Shown: positions 41,097 through 50,412 of the stretch, one piece after another | Numbering within the stretch: the first letter of the stretch is position 1 | Layout of the letters: each line of letters opens with the position of its first letter | Assembly: GCA_965214705.1 (NCBI GenBank) | Contig: CBDCCI010000002.1 | Span: 288,001 to 352,000, forward strand | Length of the DNA: 64,000 nt | Reading direction: 5' to 3' | Source: Alphaproteobacteria bacterium | GTDB lineage: Bacteria; Pseudomonadota; Alphaproteobacteria; UBA828 | The notes under the pieces: model-generated | Databases searched by the model: none | Seen by the model: the letters and a program-made list of their open reading frames with translations, nothing else | Told to the model about the DNA's origin: nothing | Made by a program: the position numbers and the translations under genes

Positions 41097-41416
41097 GGCG
41101 CGGCGATCTCGTGACCGTCGCGGTCGCCGGCGACTTCGGCAAGCCGCGCCCAGCCCTGGTCATCCAGTCCGATCAATTCGACACCACCGCGACGGTCACG
41201 GTGCTACTGGTGTCGAGCACGATCGTTGAGGCGCCGCTGATCCGCCTGACCGTTGAGCCTTCCGCGGGCAACGGTCTCCGGCAGCGCTCTCAGGTCATGG
41301 CCGACAAGGCGATGACGGTGAAGCGGGACAAACTTGGATCGCGTCTCGGCCGTCTCGATGACGACACCCTGGGCTCCGTCAACCGGGCCTTGGCATTGTT
41401 CCTCGGCTTCGCCTAG
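41084..41416 (+). CDS. mazF: PemK/MazF-family toxin
   Basis: RRGDLV...GDFGKPRPALVIQSD...NGL...SQVMADK. Confidence 0.92.
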   Translation: MDVVRRGDLVTVAVAGDFGKPRPALVIQSDQFDTTATVTVLLVSSTIVEAPLIRLTVEPSAGNGLRQRSQVMADKAMTVKRDKLGSRLGRLDDDTLGSVNRALALFLGFA

Positions 41417-41454
41417 GGAACAGGAACGGCCCATTGTCGCCGTCAAGACGGACA

Positions 41455-41811
41455 ATGGCCCGGATCGGCAGAAATCAGCCTTGCCCATGCGGCAGCGGCA
41501 GGAAGTACGAGCGCTGCTGCTGGGAGCGCGACCGCGCCGCTCGCGTTCGCACCGCCCCGGCAGTATCGACTCAGCGACACCGCGTCCCGGCAGAATCCCT
41601 TCTCCGATGCCGCTTTGCGGAGACCGGGCTCGACCTCCTGCTTCTCCTCGATCTTCTGGATTGTGATAGGCCCCAATCTCCCCCGGAGGGAGGGATGGTT
41701 GCGAAGTTCGCATTCCGTGATCATTTCCATGAGAACTCTCCCTCTCGTGGAGTAAATCGCCCCACCCGTGGCAGCGGGCGGGGCGCCCTTTTTCGCCAGC
41801 AAACGCCGTAG
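41455..41811 (+). pseudogene. SEC-C motif fragment
   Basis: IGRNQPCPCGSGRKYERCC, followed by sequence that does not look protein-like. Confidence 0.45.
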
Positions 41812-42001
41812 CGTTGACGCCCCTGCGTCAACCTGCGACGCTTCTCCTGTCGCCATTTCAACCATGGGGAGCCTGTGCGCCGGGCTGCCCGCTGAATAGA
41901 ACACCGTTCGCGCGGAAACAGGCGGGAACCGTGACCCCATGGTTGTTTGGCGACCGGCCCGGCACCACGCCGGCGCCGACCCTGACACATGGGAGGACGG
42001 C

Positions 42002-42415
42002 TTGAGAGCGGCACTCATCATCGGTGCGACCGCGCTGGCGCTCGCGGCATGCGTCAACACGGGGGAGATCGAGGGGCACAAGGTTCGCGGCACGGCGGAA
42101 CCGCCCGCCGAAACAGTTTCGGAAAACTACCTGCACCGCGCAGCCCCGCAGTGGTTCAAGGACTATTGGGCTAAATATCTTCGTCATGCGCACGGCTACA
42201 GTGTCATGGCGGTGGACCGAAACGCGCGCGGCGCGTTCTACGTCTATTGCAGCAGCGCATGCCAGAATCTTACTGGTTCCACCTTCCAGTCATGGAAGGA
42301 CGTGAACTACAAACACGAGGCGCTGGAGAAGTGTCGTGAGTGGGTGCGGAAAGAATTCCCCGCCGCGAAGCCCAACTGCGCGATCTACGCGATCAAGGAC
42401 AAGATCGTGTGGTGA
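42002..42415 (+). CDS. Cys-containing lipoprotein
   Basis: GGGAGG RBS, TTG start, lipobox LAAC. Confidence 0.75.
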   Translation: MRAALIIGATALALAACVNTGEIEGHKVRGTAEPPAETVSENYLHRAAPQWFKDYWAKYLRHAHGYSVMAVDRNARGAFYVYCSSACQNLTGSTFQSWKDVNYKHEALEKCREWVRKEFPAAKPNCAIYAIKDKIVW

Positions 42416-42442
42416 AGGCCGGATGCCATGGTAGTAAGTACC

Positions 42443-43837
42443 ATGAAACGGCTTCTGTTCGCAGCTCTTGCTTTCGCGGCCCTGGCGGGTTGCACGGGTT
42501 CCGTCACAACAGGACAGGTGCAGACGCCTGTCCTGACTGATTTCCACGCACAGACGGGCGCAGCCCCAAAGATCGCCTATGCAAGTTCTCCCGTCGGCAA
42601 GTCCCGTTCCTACGTCAACATCTATGCCGACGAGCCGGGTGAAACGTGGTACGGGCTCGGCGACATCCCGGAAAGCTCGCGCGGTGGCTATACCTTCAAG
42701 GCGCGCGAGTATCAGCGCATCATTCCGAATCTCGTTTTCGACTACGCCCCAGGCCGCGCTGCCGATCCTGAGCTGGAAGCCCAGGTTCGCCGCGCCTTCA
42801 AACTCTGGACGCGCTACTTGACCGGCGTCCGCGGCTATGATTTCCGGCGCTGGACAACCGTCGTGGAAGTGGGCTACGCCAGCGCCTGTGGAGGACAGGC
42901 CAGCGTGCTTGCGTGCGTGGTCCCGGCCGGACATTCCTCTAATCCCTACGACTTGCCGGTCATGCAGATTCCGGCCAGCCAGGCCGCCCTGGTCGCCAAC
43001 GCGAACAGCCCGATTTCCCTGCTCAACACCCTCGCTCACGAAGCGGGCCACGCCCTCGACTACAGGCATCCCGGCCTCGGCTACTACAACCCCGAGACCG
43101 GCCGGTACGACAGAGCGCATGCGCCGCCCCACGCTAGGCAGCTCATGTCTCCCCACAGCGGAGATTCTGCCACCATCGGGCCGCAGGTTGCGGACCTTCG
43201 TGGCGTGGGGCACATCTTCACCTACGGAGAGGCTTACTCCCCCGAGTATTTCGGCTGGTGGATAGACGCGCCCGCGGGCTCAAACCTGAGGGCGTTCGGA
43301 GCCGGTGTCGCACGCTCGTTTGACGTCGCCGACCTCGCCGGCGCGACCGGCGATGTCGACGCTAACAGCAGCTCGGTGACGGCGGATACCGTCACCTCGG
43401 ACTTCGTGAAAGTGTCATCCTTCGTCGACGGTATCCCGACCCACCCAAGTTGGCTTGATGACGCCGATCTCCCGGCGTACCAGGACTTGGGCAGCGCCTC
43501 GTGGGCTGGTGTGCTTCTGGCGGTCGACACCGTCGACCTTCGCCCGGTGACTGGGGCGGCTCACCTTTCGATGAATTTCACGAGTTCGAGACTGTCTGCC
43601 CGGTTCGACAGCTTCATCGAAGGGCCGGATTGGGATACTTGGGCGGGCCCAAACTCTCTCAGCTACGTCATGTACGAGAACGATGACGGCGTTTGGCACG
43701 ACACCGCAGGACGCGTGGATGCGAGGTTCTTTGCCTCGCAAGTAAACGGAGAGATCGATCCTGCGCACACGGTCGCGGGCCATCTCGACGACGATCGGGC
43801 TGGTATCTTGGGAGCGTATGGAGCTACTCGCGACTGA
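42443..43837 (+). CDS. Lipoprotein: metzincin-type Zn peptidase + TbpB-like C-terminal barrel
   Basis: Lipobox LAGC; HEAGHALDYRH and LMSP Met-turn; C-terminal ASWAGVLL...VDARFF...GILGAYGATRD. The barrel is inferred. Confidence 0.75.
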   Translation: MKRLLFAALAFAALAGCTGSVTTGQVQTPVLTDFHAQTGAAPKIAYASSPVGKSRSYVNIYADEPGETWYGLGDIPESSRGGYTFKAREYQRIIPNLVFDYAPGRAADPELEAQVRRAFKLWTRYLTGVRGYDFRRWTTVVEVGYASACGGQASVLACVVPAGHSSNPYDLPVMQIPASQAALVANANSPISLLNTLAHEAGHALDYRHPGLGYYNPETGRYDRAHAPPHARQLMSPHSGDSATIGPQVADLRGVGHIFTYGEAYSPEYFGWWIDAPAGSNLRAFGAGVARSFDVADLAGATGDVDANSSSVTADTVTSDFVKVSSFVDGIPTHPSWLDDADLPAYQDLGSASWAGVLLAVDTVDLRPVTGAAHLSMNFTSSRLSARFDSFIEGPDWDTWAGPNSLSYVMYENDDGVWHDTAGRVDARFFASQVNGEIDPAHTVAGHLDDDRAGILGAYGATRD

Positions 43838-44285
43838 TCGCACGAAGTGGAGGAAGACATGACCGATGAGTTCGCGCGCTCTGACGCGCGGGCAAAACCC
43901 CACACCTAATCAGCCGAGTAAGGCAGACTTGGAGGAGCCGATTGTCATCCGCAAGGCGGACGGCTCGATGCCGTCGACAGAGGAGTTCGCGCGCGTGGCG
44001 CTACACCCCGTGAACGTTGCGGCTGACCCGGAGGTCTGATCGCCTGGCCAGCACGTCATTGTGACGAGGCGCCGCGCGCCTGTGCGCCTTCACCAGATCG
44101 GTCTTCGGTCGATAGCCGGGCATCAGCTCGTTCGGGCGTCGCCACGTCGTGGGCAACGACCAAACGTGACTGCCAAGAAGTCCCGTCATGGCCGTCTTCT
44201 CCTCTTTCGAGGAGGACCCACTCGACCGGCTCGTGGGAAACGCTAGGATTATCCCACTCGTTGTAGGGCCAATTCGGTGCGCCTC

Positions 44286-47237
44286 CTACAGCTCGAGTTC
44301 GAGTTCCGGCCCTTCCCGAACGATCTCCCGCTCCCGTTTCCGTTCGGCGGGCGCCTGGGTCCGTTCCGGCCGCCGCGGTGCTCTCTCCTCATCCGGCGAC
44401 TGGAATTCGGGTTCGAGCGGTCCCGGCGGGCGCTCCCGCGCCACGTTCAAGCCTTCCTTCGGCACCTTGACGCGTTCCGGCTCGACCGCCTCCAGCGCGG
44501 CAATACGCTCGCCGGTGGCAACCTCCAGCCGCTCGCGCAACGCGCTGCGGTCGTCGGTCACCAGCTCGGCATGGTAGCGGGCGCGGCTGATCTCGACGTA
44601 GAGCGTCTTCTGCGTGGTCAGATGGGGGTGGCCGGCTTCCATCGCGGCGATCACACGGTCGACGGTGCGGCCCTGGAAGGCATGCACGGTCGAGGCCCAG
44701 GCCCTGTCCACATGGCGCAACTGCGGATCGTCCCTTCGCAATTCCAGCGTCCGGCCGTCTTCGAGACGGAAGGACACCCCCCGCTCTCCGATGGCCGCCA
44801 CCTCGGCGGTGCCGCTGTTGACCAGCCCGTGCGTCCTGTCGTTCCGGGTCCAGCACAGCCTGTCGCCGCTTTGCAGCTCGACGGCATCGACGGCGTAGAC
44901 CTCCACGCCGCCGGTTCGGGCCGCCAGCCTGCCCGGCTCCCAGGCCACGGTCCTGCCGTCCTTGCCGGAGAGCGTCACCACGCCCGCGCTGCGGTCGACG
45001 CCGGCGACGCGCAGCTCGTCGCCCTTCTCCACTCCGAAGCGCTTGTACCGGCGGTGGAAGGCCACCACGTCGCCGCGCGCATAGTTGGCCGCGAGCGACT
45101 TCTCCGCATTGGTATAGCCCCTCGAGAGCAGCCGCTCGGCGTTCATGGCCGGACCGCCGATGGCTCCGTCGCGGACCAGGCGCTCCCGGACGATGGCGTT
45201 GATCCTCTCCCTGAGAGCGTGGCTGGGCGCCATGAGCCCCGTGCTCTCCCGCTCTTCGGCCGACAGCGCCAGCCAGCGCGCGGCCGCCGCGCCCGCGAGG
45301 TTGTCCGCCTTCACCTCCGCAACGTTTGGACCGAGCTTTTCGAACGCCTTGCGGACGTCGCCCGCGAGGCTCGCTTCGACCGCTTCCTTCAGTGCCGGAT
45401 CGCGCTGGCGCACGATGTCGTCCATCACCGCGCACTTCATGCCCGCGCCCTGCAACTGCGCGAAGGGCTTGCCGGCGTCGACGGCGTCCAGCTGCTTCTC
45501 GTCGCCCACCAGGACGACGCGGGGGATGCGCAGGGTCTCCGCAATCTTCAGGAGATCGCGCGCCTGCGCGGTCGAGGCGAGGGAGCCCTCGTCCACGACC
45601 AGAACCGTCTTCCCGAACCCGGTGCGCATGCGCCGCTCCGCCCTGTCCGTGAGCCGGCCCCCGGCAACGCCTGCGTTGCGGACGAGGAAGCCCTGCAGCG
45701 TCTCGCTCGCGATACCGGCCTCGGTGCCGAGCGTGCGCGCGGCCGACGCGGACGGCGCCAGGCCCCTGACCTCGAAGCCCCGCTTCTCCAGCAGCGCGCG
45801 GGCACGGTTGAGCATGGTGGTCTTGCCGGTGCCGGCATAGCCCTGGACGCCCACCACGCGGTCCCTGTCCGACAGGATCAACTTCACCGCGTCCTTCTGT
45901 CCCGGGGTGAGGGGACCGTTGCGCAGCGCCTTGTCGACCGCGCGCCCGCGCATCGCCACCGCGCCCCGCCCCCGGCCGCGCTCCATCAGCGCGATTGTCT
46001 CGCGCTCGTCGGCGACGGCCCTGTCGGTGGTGAGCGAGTCTCCCGGCACCGGGTGGTTTGCGGCATGCAGGGTGCCGGCCTTCACCAGGCGCGCCACGGC
46101 GGCCTCGGCCTCTCCGATGCTCAGGGCGCCCGGCCTCCAGGCGAGGGCGGCGGTGAGCAGGTTCGTGCGCGAGAACACCGCTTCGCGCTCCGAGAGATGC
46201 GCGACGGCCCAGTTCACGGCCCGGTCCGGGTCGTTCTCCTTCGCCTGCGCCGGACCCCGCCCGTCCCCGCCGCGCCCGAGCCCCTCCCGATGCGCCGCCC
46301 TTGCCGCCTTCCGCCGTGCCGCCCCGGCCGCGAGTTCATAAGCGTCGAAGCCCAGATCGGCCGCCTGCCTCTGCCAGCTTTCGCGCAGCGCGTCTTTGTC
46401 GACGTCGCGCTTGTGGGCGCGGGTCACCAGGGCGGCGCGCTGCGCGAGACGCTGGTCCTGCGCCGGATCGCCCAGCCCCCGCGCCGCCATCGCCGCCTCG
46501 ATCTCGGCGCGCCGCGTGGAAAAGGCCTCGACGACCGTCCGCGTCACGCCCGCGATCTCGAAGCGCCCGTCCGCGTGGGTCTTCTCGATGGCGTAGCCCA
46601 GCTCCTCCAGGCCCCGCGCCAGCTCCGCGCGATAGAGGGCGCCGATCAGCATCTTCGACGCGTAGAGCTTCTCGTTCGCCATGGTGCGCCACTTGCCGTC
46701 CCCGCCCTGCACCATGTTGGCGATCACCGCGTGCGTGTGAAGCTGGGGGTCCAGATTGCGCGAGGTATCGTGGCGGAAGGTGGCGATCACGGCCTTCTGG
46801 TTTCCGGCACGGATCATGCGCCCGCTGTCTGCGTCCATCGTCCGGGTCTCGGCGGCGTTGCCCTCGATCCACGCAAGGGTCTGCCGCACCGCGGCGTCAT
46901 GGGCGGCCACGATCCGCCCGTCGCCGCCGATCAGGGCGGCGATGGAGACCGACTTCGGCGCCGAGAGGGTGACGTCCCGGCCGGGACGGTGGCTGATCGT
47001 GCCGTCCCCCAGGCGGCGGCCGAGCCGCCGGCCCAAGCCGTCGGGGACGGTGCCGTCGAGGATGTCCGCGAAGAGATCGGGATCGACGGGGCCGGAGAGC
47101 CCCAGCGCGTCCGCGCCCTTGCCGGCCCAGGCGCTGGCCTCGAGGTGCTCGGCATCGTGTCTGGCGTAGTACCCGTCCCTTTCGTAGTAGCTGACGCCCT
47201 GCGCGGGCGAGGAGACGGCGCCGATCGAGGCGACCAT
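44286..47237 (-). CDS. trwC: MOB-F relaxase-helicase (TrwC/TraI type)
   Basis: YY..GYY, DVTLSAPKSVS, HDTSRNLDPQLHTH, GYAGTGKT, VVDEGS. Confidence 0.95.
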   Translation of the reverse strand: MVASIGAVSSPAQGVSYYERDGYYARHDAEHLEASAWAGKGADALGLSGPVDPDLFADILDGTVPDGLGRRLGRRLGDGTISHRPGRDVTLSAPKSVSIAALIGGDGRIVAAHDAAVRQTLAWIEGNAAETRTMDADSGRMIRAGNQKAVIATFRHDTSRNLDPQLHTHAVIANMVQGGDGKWRTMANEKLYASKMLIGALYRAELARGLEELGYAIEKTHADGRFEIAGVTRTVVEAFSTRRAEIEAAMAARGLGDPAQDQRLAQRAALVTRAHKRDVDKDALRESWQRQAADLGFDAYELAAGAARRKAARAAHREGLGRGGDGRGPAQAKENDPDRAVNWAVAHLSEREAVFSRTNLLTAALAWRPGALSIGEAEAAVARLVKAGTLHAANHPVPGDSLTTDRAVADERETIALMERGRGRGAVAMRGRAVDKALRNGPLTPGQKDAVKLILSDRDRVVGVQGYAGTGKTTMLNRARALLEKRGFEVRGLAPSASAARTLGTEAGIASETLQGFLVRNAGVAGGRLTDRAERRMRTGFGKTVLVVDEGSLASTAQARDLLKIAETLRIPRVVLVGDEKQLDAVDAGKPFAQLQGAGMKCAVMDDIVRQRDPALKEAVEASLAGDVRKAFEKLGPNVAEVKADNLAGAAAARWLALSAEERESTGLMAPSHALRERINAIVRERLVRDGAIGGPAMNAERLLSRGYTNAEKSLAANYARGDVVAFHRRYKRFGVEKGDELRVAGVDRSAGVVTLSGKDGRTVAWEPGRLAARTGGVEVYAVDAVELQSGDRLCWTRNDRTHGLVNSGTAEVAAIGERGVSFRLEDGRTLELRRDDPQLRHVDRAWASTVHAFQGRTVDRVIAAMEAGHPHLTTQKTLYVEISRARYHAELVTDDRSALRERLEVATGERIAALEAVEPERVKVPKEGLNVARERPPGPLEPEFQSPDEERAPRRPERTQAPAERKREREIVREGPELELEL

Positions 47238-47238
47238 G

Positions 47239-49404
47239 TCACGTCCGACACAGACCCGAAGGCATCGTTCTGTTCTCCGGCGGACCGGCCGGCGCGTCCT
47301 TACGGGACGGCGCCTGCGGGCGCGAGGATGCGGCCGGCGCATCGACGGCGCCTTCGTCCGCTTGCGGCCCTGCATCCGCCGCGCCTTCCGCGACGTCGAC
47401 GGCGCAGTCCAGCGTGCGCTCGCCACCCGCCTCTTCGGATGGACACCCGACCGGGCAATCCGGCCCGTCGTCCGCCGGCATCCACCCCTCGAAGAGCCAC
47501 TCCGCCTCTTCGCCCGCCTCTTCGCCCGCGTCCGTGAGGCGCCATCGATCCGGCTCGTCCCGCTCGGGACGGCCACCGCCTTCGCTGCTTCCCGTCTCCT
47601 CGACGGGCGCAGCTTCGGCCGCTGCCACGGCTGCGGATACGCCGCTGCCGCCGCTCCGCCTCTCTTCCTCATCCTCCTTCGGCACGAAGCGCGGGGCCAC
47701 GATCTTTCGCTCCCTGTACCTGAGCCCGATCCGCGCCACGGGCAACTTGCCGGGGAACTTCAGGTAGCCCGAGAGGTTCTCCAGGCGCGCCACCTCCGAC
47801 GGAAGAATCAGGGGACGCTCCTCGCGCCGCGTGCTCAGCGTCACGCCGCCGTGCGGGGTGTCGTAGCTCACGCCCTCCGAAAGCGACTCGACCTCCACGT
47901 TCCCCAGGCTCTTTGCGGCCCACTCCGAGGTGTCCTTGTCGGGTGCCGCCAGGACGACCCGCGTGCCGCAGAGGCCCGAGATCGTCGTCGCGCCGTCGCC
48001 GCCGTAGATCTCCCGCAAGGCCGAGAACACCTGGACGCCCAGCACGAAGCAGCCCCCGTACTGGCGGCTCTGCGAAAGGCCGGGCCGGAGGCTCGGGAGC
48101 TGGTGCAGGGTCGGAAGCTCGTCGAGGATGACCCAGACACGCCTTCTGCCGCCGCGCGGCAGCGAGAGCAGCGCGTTCACCGCGATCTCCAGCCAGGTGG
48201 AGATCAGGCCCCGCAGGCTCGCGTGCTGGTCGGCCCTCGACGTGAGGAAGAGGAAGCCGCCGCCTCCCTCGTGCCCGACCCACTCGCGGATGGAGAAGGG
48301 AGATCCCTCGTCGGGAAACAGGTCCAGGGCAGCGATGCTGGCGGTGAGCATCGCGCGCACGGACAGCGCAGTCTTCGGGTTGTCGGGATCGACGATGGAC
48401 TGCACCACGGTGTCCTCCATGGCCTCCGCGAGCTCGCTCAGCTCGGTCTTGAGCAGGTGCTCCACCAGCACCCGGTTGCGGGTCTCGCCGCGCTTCCACA
48501 GCACGGCGGCTCCGTTGGAAAACAGTTGGCGTGCTGCGGTGATCCAGAAGGGGTCTGCGGCGTCCTTCTGGCGGGGGATCAGGGCCGCTGCCATCGTGTC
48601 GAAGTCGCGTGCCGTGCGGGCTTCGAGGAAGGGCGACCAGCGCGGCGCGCGCCGGTCGAGCGGGTTGAGCAGCACGTCGCGCTCCCTGTCGAAGAAGGTC
48701 TCGGTATAGGAGCCCATCTTGTCGTAGACGACGCAGCGCTCGCCCCTGGCGCGTATCTGCTCGACCAGATCGGAAATGAGCACGGTCTTGCCCGACCCGG
48801 TGGTGCCGGAGACGATCGTGTGGAGTGTCTCGGCCCTTCTGGGCCAGGGGATGCTGGCGACGGTGTACGGAGCGGCCTCGGGCCCCCGCATCAGCAGCAG
48901 CATCTCCCGCCACCAGGGCATGGTGCGCCGCGCCAGCTCCGTTGCCGTCGTCAGCTCGCCGCCGCGCAGGCGCCGGCCGCGCCGGACCCTGCGGCCGACC
49001 GTGCGCAGCCCGAACGCGGCAACGAAGACGAGGCCCACGCCGATACCGCCGCCCAGCATCGCCGCGCCGAGGATGTCGTCCAGGATGCGCTCGCGCAGCG
49101 CGATGAGCCCGTCGAACGACGCGATGTCGCGGAGCGTCTCGTGGTAGACCGTCCCGTCCTCGGCGCGGATCGACTTCTTCTTGTCCGGGCTGAACTGGAA
49201 GGTCAGCATGAGTTCCGAGAGCATGTGAACGCCCAGGACGTGCCACTCCCAGGCGGTGACGCCCACGAAGCTCTTCACGGCCGCGCCGAGCGCGCCCGAG
49301 CCGAGGGCCCAGGTCGCAACGGACCAGCCGAACCTCCACCACGTGCGCCAGCCCCGCACGGCGACCCGGACGCCCCGCCCGGTGTCTCCGCCCACACCCA
49401 TCAT
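47239..49404 (-). CDS. trwB: Type IV coupling protein (TrwB/TraD type)
   Basis: Two TM segments, GTTGSGKT, LNPLDRR...WSPF, ILDELPTL. Confidence 0.93.
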   Translation of the reverse strand: MMGVGGDTGRGVRVAVRGWRTWWRFGWSVATWALGSGALGAAVKSFVGVTAWEWHVLGVHMLSELMLTFQFSPDKKKSIRAEDGTVYHETLRDIASFDGLIALRERILDDILGAAMLGGGIGVGLVFVAAFGLRTVGRRVRRGRRLRGGELTTATELARRTMPWWREMLLLMRGPEAAPYTVASIPWPRRAETLHTIVSGTTGSGKTVLISDLVEQIRARGERCVVYDKMGSYTETFFDRERDVLLNPLDRRAPRWSPFLEARTARDFDTMAAALIPRQKDAADPFWITAARQLFSNGAAVLWKRGETRNRVLVEHLLKTELSELAEAMEDTVVQSIVDPDNPKTALSVRAMLTASIAALDLFPDEGSPFSIREWVGHEGGGGFLFLTSRADQHASLRGLISTWLEIAVNALLSLPRGGRRRVWVILDELPTLHQLPSLRPGLSQSRQYGGCFVLGVQVFSALREIYGGDGATTISGLCGTRVVLAAPDKDTSEWAAKSLGNVEVESLSEGVSYDTPHGGVTLSTRREERPLILPSEVARLENLSGYLKFPGKLPVARIGLRYRERKIVAPRFVPKEDEEERRSGGSGVSAAVAAAEAAPVEETGSSEGGGRPERDEPDRWRLTDAGEEAGEEAEWLFEGWMPADDGPDCPVGCPSEEAGGERTLDCAVDVAEGAADAGPQADEGAVDAPAASSRPQAPSRKDAPAGPPENRTMPSGLCRT

Positions 49405-50072
49405 GGCGCGTGCTCCGCCTCGGCGGGCCCGGCGGCTCCGCTGCCGCCATTGCGATGCCCGCCGAGTGCGAGGAAGCGTTCCAGCCAGCGCTCGGCTGCC
49501 GCCTCGGGCGCCATGGGCCGGATCGTGCGGCGCAGCGGCGGGAAGGGGAAGCCGCCCGCGCCTGCGCCGAGGTCGCGCCGCTCGGCGGCATCGGTCATGC
49601 GGGCGACGAAGCGCAGCACTTCGGCCCACTCCTCCGGCGGCTCGGGATCGAGGCCCGCCGCTTCCCGCACCGCCCGGTCTATCTGCGTGCCGTGCGTCCT
49701 CGCGCGCGCCGCAGCCCGGGCCGAGGCAGGGTGTTCGCCCTCCCCGTCGCCGAGCCAGGCGGCGCTCGCATTCGCCAGAAGCGCGTGAAGCGCGAGCGCA
49801 CGGCGGTCGCCGTCGGCGATGCCGTCGAGCGCCTCGATCTCCTCGGACGCCGTGAGCCCATGCTGGGCGAGCGAGAGGAAGCGCCTGACGCGACCGTTCC
49901 AGCGGCAGGTGTTGGCCAGCACATGGGCGACGGCCTCGAAGTCCACTGCGCCGGCCTCCACCTGCTCGTGGTCGCTCGGCCACCTGGGCTGCGGGCCGGA
50001 GGCTGCGGCCGCCTGCCTGGGGCTGCGCTCCCTGCGGCGACGCTTGACCGGTGTTTCCTGTTCTGTGACCAT
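49401..50072 (-). CDS. HD-fold phosphohydrolase homolog with degenerate HD motif
   Basis: AHVLANTCRWNG...SLAQH...ALLANASAAWLGD; the family normally has LLHDAxEAYxGD. Confidence 0.7.
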   Translation of the reverse strand: MVTEQETPVKRRRRERSPRQAAAASGPQPRWPSDHEQVEAGAVDFEAVAHVLANTCRWNGRVRRFLSLAQHGLTASEEIEALDGIADGDRRALALHALLANASAAWLGDGEGEHPASARAAARARTHGTQIDRAVREAAGLDPEPPEEWAEVLRFVARMTDAAERRDLGAGAGGFPFPPLRRTIRPMAPEAAAERWLERFLALGGHRNGGSGAAGPAEAEHAP

Positions 50073-50412
50073 CCCGCTCGTCCTTTCACTTCAGTAATGC
50101 GGTGTTGTTCGCCGGGGGCCGCTTCAGCAACGGCTCCCGGCATTTGTGTGCGGTCCGCGCTCCTCGATCTCCGCCGCTGTGCGTGGAGGCAGAGCCGACG
50201 GCGCAGCGCCTGCCCGCGGCGCTTGACGGGCGCCTCCCGTTCGGTAACGGCGGCCTGCCTCGCGAAAGCCGAGGCTTGCTGCAGTGTGCCGGGGGGTGCC
50301 TGAGGGCACTGGCCGAAGCCGGCAGCCCAAAGGCGGCCCCCGGCATCTTTTCCAGGCGCCCGGCCACAACCGGGCACGGTCCGCGCCGGGAGCCGCGCCG
50401 CGCTCCATCGCC

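Noticed and set aside
43859-44270. Short degenerate ORF pieces after the lipoprotein
   Set aside because: Interrupted by stops and not assignable to a family.
44277-49788. 1086-aa and 850-aa plus-strand ORFs
   Set aside because: Shadows of trwC and trwB in high-GC DNA.
50030-50250. Short degenerate duplication (VTEQETPVKRR / VTEREAPVKRR)
   Set aside because: About 40 bp with low identity; no function can be supported.
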